NCBI GenBank assembly: GCA_052055015.1
Contig: JBQJIT010000026.1
Origin: Malassezia furfur
Taxonomy: Eukaryota
Reading direction: 5' to 3' (one strand)
Length of the DNA: 53,979 bases
Shown here: piece by piece, positions 48,883 to 53,979 of the stretch
Layout: each line of letters begins with the position of its first letter
Numbering within the stretch: position 1 is the first letter of the stretch
The notes under the pieces: model-generated
The model's input: only the letters and a program-made list of their open reading frames with translations
What the model was told of the DNA's origin: nothing
Databases searched by the model: none
Position numbers and translations under genes: made by a program

Positions 48883-50553
48883 CTATGACAACGGCGCGTC
48901 GAGCTCTGGCACGATCTGAACCAGGCTTGTGCGGGGCCCAAGCACAAACGCACCGTGGTGCACCCCCGGACGATACACCACCACGGGCGACATGCCGTGG
49001 CGCGCAAAAAAGTGCTGCAGCGCGGGCGCATCGACCACCGTGTCGGCGCCCGCGAGGTAAATCCGCGTGCGTTTGGGGTCCGCACGGTGCGGCAGGTGCT
49101 CGAGCAGCAGCGTGTTGGCCGCCCAGTCAAAGTGGCGCATGAGGGCGTTGGCGGTCGCGACCTCGCGGGCGACAAAGTAGCGCAGCACGTACTCCACAAA
49201 CGTCACCGCCTTTTTGTACAGGAAGCGGTAGCACAGCTGCGGCGCCCACAGCTGGAAGCACACGGGGTCCACAAACACGTTGCGCTTGAGGACCTCGGGC
49301 ATCTCTTTGAGCAGCCACGAGTGGGCAATGGTGCCCATGCTGTGCGACAGCACCACGACGCCGCACGTGTCGAGGCCGTGGCGCTGCAATGCGCTCTGCA
49401 CCATCCACACGCACTCCTCTTTGTTCCATGGGCGCAAGAAGCGCGGCGAAAACAGCCCGTACGACGACCACGGCTGCAGCGGGATCACCACGGGCCGCGG
49501 GCGCGGGGAGAGCGCCGGGTCCATCAGCGCGCGCACCGCCTGGTAGTACTCGGAGACCCCGATGCCCAGGCCGTGCAGGAAGAGCAGAGGGAGCGCCATC
49601 TCGCCGCGCGCCGCGGCGTCCGCGCGCCAGCCCGGTGGTATGTGCACGAGGTACTGCATCGTGCCCATCTGGCGCAGCTCAAAGCCGTACAGCCACCACC
49701 ACGCGATGCGTGCCGTCTCGTTCAGCGACCAGGTCAGCAAGTACAGCCCGAGCGGCCGCGCGCTCACCCGCACAGGGTCGAGCGAGAGGAGCATGGTGCG
49801 TTTCGACCGCTGCTCGGCCGGTGTCAGCTCGCGCTCGGGGAAGCGGTCGATCCCGCATCGCGCCGCAAACAAGCGCACCGCGTCGTGTAGAAACTCGAGG
49901 CGCCGCTGCGCGCGGCCGGAGGAGGCGGCAGGTGCGTCGACCGCGTCCTGGACGTCGTCGTCGCGTACCTCTTCGTAGAACTGGCCAAAGAGCGCCCAGC
50001 TCAGCCACTCACACAGGTCGTGCTCGGTGACCTGCTCGGGCCGCAGCCCAATGAACCACCCCGACATTTCTTCGCGGAATGCCTTGGCACGGGGGTCGTC
50101 GTACGGCAGCTTTTGCACGGCACGCGGCAGCACGCCGGGGCCGGCATCCGCATCAAACGACAAAATTTTTCCCTCCTCCTCCCCAACGAGGCCATCCTCG
50201 AACGCCGACAGGACCGCCTTGACGACGTGCTCGCGCGTGGCCGCGCGCGGCGGTGCCGGCGGCTGCACACGGAACACGAGGTATTGGTAGTACACCGAAA
50301 AGAGCACCTCAACTATCGCATACACAAACACAACGCGCGCACTCAGCGTGTCCGCGGCGGCACCGCCCAGCGCCGTCTGCACACGCGGCGGCAGCGTCCC
50401 ATGCAGGACGTGGCCCCACGCTTCGGTGCGCGTTGCGGCGCCCAGGAGGCGTGGAAGCGCGTACGCCGTCACATATGCCCATGAAAGTGGCACAATGGCC
50501 CAAAAGATGGACACAAACGCCTCGGCAACGACCCTCGGTGGCTCGCGGATCAT
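48883..50553 (-). CDS. Membrane-anchored alpha/beta-fold hydrolase of unknown substrate (first ATG 50553; the track's start at 50631 is GTG)
   Basis: N-terminal hydrophobic helices; PLLFLHGLGIG; nucleophile SHSMG; FVDPVCF; putative D (GADTVV) and H (VHHG). Confidence 0.8.
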   Translation of the reverse strand: MIREPPRVVAEAFVSIFWAIVPLSWAYVTAYALPRLLGAATRTEAWGHVLHGTLPPRVQTALGGAAADTLSARVVFVYAIVEVLFSVYYQYLVFRVQPPAPPRAATREHVVKAVLSAFEDGLVGEEEGKILSFDADAGPGVLPRAVQKLPYDDPRAKAFREEMSGWFIGLRPEQVTEHDLCEWLSWALFGQFYEEVRDDDVQDAVDAPAASSGRAQRRLEFLHDAVRLFAARCGIDRFPERELTPAEQRSKRTMLLSLDPVRVSARPLGLYLLTWSLNETARIAWWWLYGFELRQMGTMQYLVHIPPGWRADAAARGEMALPLLFLHGLGIGVSEYYQAVRALMDPALSPRPRPVVIPLQPWSSYGLFSPRFLRPWNKEECVWMVQSALQRHGLDTCGVVVLSHSMGTIAHSWLLKEMPEVLKRNVFVDPVCFQLWAPQLCYRFLYKKAVTFVEYVLRYFVAREVATANALMRHFDWAANTLLLEHLPHRADPKRTRIYLAGADTVVDAPALQHFFARHGMSPVVVYRPGVHHGAFVLGPRTSLVQIVPELDAPLS

Positions 50554-50713
50554 TGCGCACAAAGCCAAGGGGGAACGGGCCACCCCATACTCCCACACGC
50601 GGGCAATCTCGATCGCCTCCACATGGCGCACGCCGCTTCGCAGGGGGCTGGAACGGCAGAGGTAGGGTTGCTCGCTATGTAATGGAGCGTGGAGGAGCGC
50701 CTACGTCGCACGC

Positions 50714-51922
50714 CTACACGGCGCCCGTTCCCAGCGTGGCTGGACGCCGTCGCGCCTCGGGCATCGGCTCGGCCGCAGACTCGGTCGACGCCGGCGCCGG
50801 CGCCTCTTCGGCGAGCGGCGCAAGCCGCTTGCTCTCGAAGCTCTTCATGCCCGTCAAGCCCCAGCGGCTGAGCATCGCCTTGTCCTCGTCCCAGGAGCTC
50901 GTCGGGGTGGTGAGCATGCGGTGGCCCGTAAAGATGGCATTCGCACCCGCCAAGAACGCCATCGCCTGCTCCGACTCACTGAACAGGTGACGCCCCGCGG
51001 CAATACGCACGATCGACGTCGGCAGAACAATACGCGCCGTGGCAATTGTGCGCAGCATCTCTTGGAAGCTCACCGGCTCCTGCCCTTCCATGGGGGTGCC
51101 CTTGATCGCCACCAGCGCATTCACCGGGAAACTTTCGGGGTGCTCCGGCAGACGGCTCATCTCCCAGATCAGACCCACGCGGTCCGATTCGTCTTCACCG
51201 AGCCCCAAAATCCCGCCCGAGCACACGGAAATCCCGGCATCGCGCACATTGGCGATCGTCTCGAGGCGGTCCTCGTAGGTGCGCGAGGTGATCACCTTGT
51301 TGTAGTATTCGCGGCTCGTGTCCAGGTTATGGTTGTAGGCAGACAGGCCGGCCTCCTTGAGCATCTGCGCCTGCTCGGCGCTCAGCATGCCCAGCGTCGT
51401 GCATACCTCCATGCCCATTCCGCGAATTTCGCGCACCATGTCCAAGATACGGTTAAAGCCGCGCTTCCGGCCGCCGATCTCGCGCCATGCAGCGCCCATG
51501 CAGAAGCGCGTGCTTCCGTTCTCCTTGGCGCGGCGCGCCTCGGCGAGGACATTGTCAAGCTTCTCGAGTGGGCTCGCCTTGGAGTGCGTCGAGTAGCGGC
51601 TGCTCTGCGAGCAGTAGGCACAGTCCTCCGAGCATCCACCCTCCTTAATATTCATCAGGGTACACAGCTGAATGCGCTGCGGATCATTGTGCTGGCGGTG
51701 CACCGTGGCCGCCTGGAAGACGAGCTCGAGGAGGGGCTGGTCGAACAGCGCCTGCACCTCCTCGCGCGTCCACTCGCGCCGCGCAGGTACCTCGTGGGCC
51801 CACGGCGCATTCGGCGAGTCAGATCCGGTGTATTTGTTCGTGGGTACCGCACGCAAAACTGCCGTGCTCTTCGCACGCTGGAACACGCGCGGCACACCCG
51901 CCCAGGCACGCGGCATCGGCAT
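50714..51922 (-). CDS. BIO2: Biotin synthase (radical SAM), mitochondrial
   Basis: CSEDCAYC (CxxxCxxC), TRFCMGAAWR, EVCTTLG, YNHNLDT, CSGGILGLGE, PESFPVN; first ATG 51922 begins a presequence-like N-terminus. Confidence 0.96.
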   Translation of the reverse strand: MPMPRAWAGVPRVFQRAKSTAVLRAVPTNKYTGSDSPNAPWAHEVPARREWTREEVQALFDQPLLELVFQAATVHRQHNDPQRIQLCTLMNIKEGGCSEDCAYCSQSSRYSTHSKASPLEKLDNVLAEARRAKENGSTRFCMGAAWREIGGRKRGFNRILDMVREIRGMGMEVCTTLGMLSAEQAQMLKEAGLSAYNHNLDTSREYYNKVITSRTYEDRLETIANVRDAGISVCSGGILGLGEDESDRVGLIWEMSRLPEHPESFPVNALVAIKGTPMEGQEPVSFQEMLRTIATARIVLPTSIVRIAAGRHLFSESEQAMAFLAGANAIFTGHRMLTTPTSSWDEDKAMLSRWGLTGMKSFESKRLAPLAEEAPAPASTESAAEPMPEARRRPATLGTGAV

Positions 51923-52015
51923 CGCAATCGTGGCAGACAGTGTCTGTGCTCGGCGCCGCGCCGCGGACGTCGGCCGAAAGCACGTGGTCGCAGGGCCTCG
52001 CAACACCACTCCAGC

Positions 52016-53979
52016 ATGGGGAAGGCAAAGGGCGGAGCGTCCGCCGAGGCTTCGGCCAAGTCGGTCGCGCTGCGCGACGAGCTCGAGAATTTGAGCTGTC
52101 GATTCATCGTGAACCTCCCTGCGAATGAACTGGCCAGCATCGAACGCATCGGCTTCCAGGGCGAGCAGGCGTATGTTGTCCGCCTCACACAGACATTGGT
52201 TCTACCTCGACTTTTTGTGCCCGCTCAATCCCGACCTGCCTGAACTTAACCTGAAGCGCTTCTCTGAGGAGCTTTTGCATGTCTCATCACTCGTGGTGCC
52301 GCTCATCCGGCTGTACATGGAAAAGGGGCCCAAGAGCCTCGAGCTGGCCTTTAGCCAGTTTATGCAGTATAAGACGCGCGTGCCCGTGTGTGGCGCGATC
52401 CTGCTCAACAAGGACTGGAACAAGGTAGGTTATGTGTACTGACACAGTGTGTACTTGTCAAGGGCTGGTCCAAGGGCGCCTCGTGGACGTTCCCCAAGGG
52501 CAAAATCAACCAGGATGAGCCCGAACGCGACTGTGCCCTGCGCGAGGTGCGCGAAGAGACGGGCGTCGATGCCACGCACCTCCTCCCGCCAGACAGCCGC
52601 GACTATCTCGAGCTGACGATGCGTGAGCAAAAGGTCCGCCTGTACATTGTGCCGGGACTCTCGGAAGACACGCCGATGGAAACACAGACCCGTCGCGAGA
52701 TTTCGGTAGGTCGACGCACGCACTGACCCAGCGCATCGAGTGGTTCCCCCTGTCGGACTTGCCCACGGGTAAGAAGGACAAAAAACCCCGTCCGGAGCTG
52801 GGCGGGAAATTCTACCTCATCACCCCGTTCGTTACCCGGCTGCGTCAGTGGATTCAGGCGAACAAGCGGACGCATCCACACAAGCCGCCGCGCCCACAAA
52901 CGCCGCAGCCGGTGCAGCAGGCGCAGAGCTCGGCACCAGCCAAGGCCGAGGGCGAGAGCGTGAGTCTCGATGCGCTCTTTGGAGCGGCGGCGCCCGTCCA
53001 GCGCCCGGGGCTCATTGCATTGCCCCCCGCCGCTCAAAAGCAGATGCAGGCCTCCCGGCCCCAGACACCTTCGTCGCCGCAACAAAAACGACAGGGCAAG
53101 GCCAACGGACGTACGCCAGGCAAGCCGCAGAACCGCTCTGCCAAGCCGTCGCCGCAGGGCACGCCGCAGGCGAACGACTCCAGCAAACTGCTCCTCAATC
53201 TTCTACAGGGATCGCAGCCAGTGCCGGCTCCCCAGGCCGAGAGCGAGCCGAGCCGCGAAGATGGCTCGACGGCGCTGCGCAACCTGCTGGGTCTGAAACC
53301 GGATGCCGTGCCCAGTACACTCCAGCCAGGTGGCCCCCAGTCGACGACTTCACGGGAAGAACACCAGGCCCATCTCTACTCGCTGCTGGGCATGCCGCAC
53401 CAGATGCCAGCTGCGCCGCCCGCGTCGCCGTGGCCCGCCGTGGGAGTGCCGCCGTCGCACGGACCGTGGCCGCCGGCACCAGCGCATGACAAGCCCGGCG
53501 CAGGCTCCGCCGAGTCGCCCGCGGCGCCTGCACCGCCCCCGGCACCTGCAGGCACCTCACAGGCCGAGGAGCACCGGAACCGCCTACTCGGGCTGCTTGG
53601 TGGGCCGCGGCCTGCTGCTCCTTCTACGCCGCACGCCGCCGAGGCGAATGGTGCATCGCCGCACCCGGCGCCGCAGGCCTCTGCCCCATTCGGCTATCCC
53701 GGCCAGGCGGGAGCGCATGCGCCGCATATGCCGTCGTACCCTCAGCACCTGCCACACTATCCCTCGCCCATGCACCAGATGCCGCCGCACCAGCCGCCGA
53801 GGCCGCCGCATTTTGGCGCATCTGCAGGGCACCCAGAACCGTGGCACGGCGCTCCCAGCCGATCGATGCCGACGAGCCCACCGGCCGCGGGCAACACGCC
53901 GCAGTCCCATCAACACGCACTCCTTTCTACATTGCTGAGTCCGCCGGCGTCTTCCGCACGGCCTGCGCACTTCCCCCCG
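52016..53979 (+). CDS. DCP2: mRNA decapping enzyme Dcp2; exons 52016-52170, 52193-52424, 52448-52705, 52732->53979 (3'-truncated)
   Basis: Box A LSCRFIVNLP...EQA|HWFYLDF; YKTRVPVCGAILLN; NK|CVLVKGW; Nudix box GKINQDEPERDCALREVREETG; EIS|RIEWFPLSDLP; FYLITPF; Pro-rich tail with leucine motifs. Confidence 0.93.
52171..52192 (+). other. 22-nt intron 1 of DCP2
   Basis: GTATGTtgtccgcCTCACaCAG; removal restores EQAHWFY. Confidence 0.9.
52425..52447 (+). other. 23-nt intron 2 of DCP2
   Basis: GTAGGTtatgtgtaCTGACaCAG; removal restores NKCVLVKGW. Confidence 0.9.
52706..52731 (+). other. 26-nt intron 3 of DCP2
   Basis: GTAGGTcgacgcacgcaCTGACcCAG; removal restores EISRIEWF. Confidence 0.9.

Noticed and set aside
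36300..48900. Actively invertible (phase-variable) segment
   Set aside because: I found no inverted repeats at the two boundaries and no recombinase in the window; both halves have their own start and stop, suggesting an old fixed event.
52016..52731. Frameshifted/pseudogenised DCP2 or programmed frameshifting
   Set aside because: Each frame break coincides with a GT...branch...CAG micro-intron whose removal restores conserved motifs.
1..53979. tRNA/rRNA genes, CRISPR arrays, transposons
   Set aside because: None recognised by eye; intergenic gaps are tiny. Small ncRNAs in the 12.6-13.3 kb or 37.4-37.9 kb gaps cannot be excluded without an Rfam/tRNAscan search.

Overview
Very gene-dense (~94% genic, only ~3 kb intergenic), GC-rich fungal DNA, most consistent with a Malassezia (Ustilaginomycotina) chromosome; this is inferred from compactness, tiny introns and the split dynein. 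Gene order: NUP98-NUP96 precursor (-, runs off the left edge), a stand-alone highly reducing PKS with terminal reductase (-), a low-complexity hypothetical protein (-), an NRAMP/SMF transporter (-), MRPL4 (+), VPS13 (+), HAP2/NF-YA (+), an F-box-like protein (+), dynein heavy chain C-half dyn2 (-), a YcjY-like Cys alpha/beta hydrolase (-), LEA1/U2A' (-), septin CDC3 (+), dynein heavy chain N-half dyn1 (+), a membrane alpha/beta hydrolase (-), BIO2 (-) and DCP2 (+, runs off the right edge). Highlights: (1) the dynein heavy chain is split at the AAA4 large/small boundary, and both halves lie 3.7 kb apart head-to-head in exactly the geometry one inversion would leave; (2) seven 22-27 nt spliceosomal introns, where every 3n intron carries an in-frame stop; (3) nine CACGTG boxes in ~3 kb of micro-promoters; (4) an orphan, extremely codon-biased KS-AT-DH-(dead MT)-ER-KR-ACP-R PKS; (5) a candidate GUG-initiated gene. 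All calls are from manual motif reading; no database searches were run.
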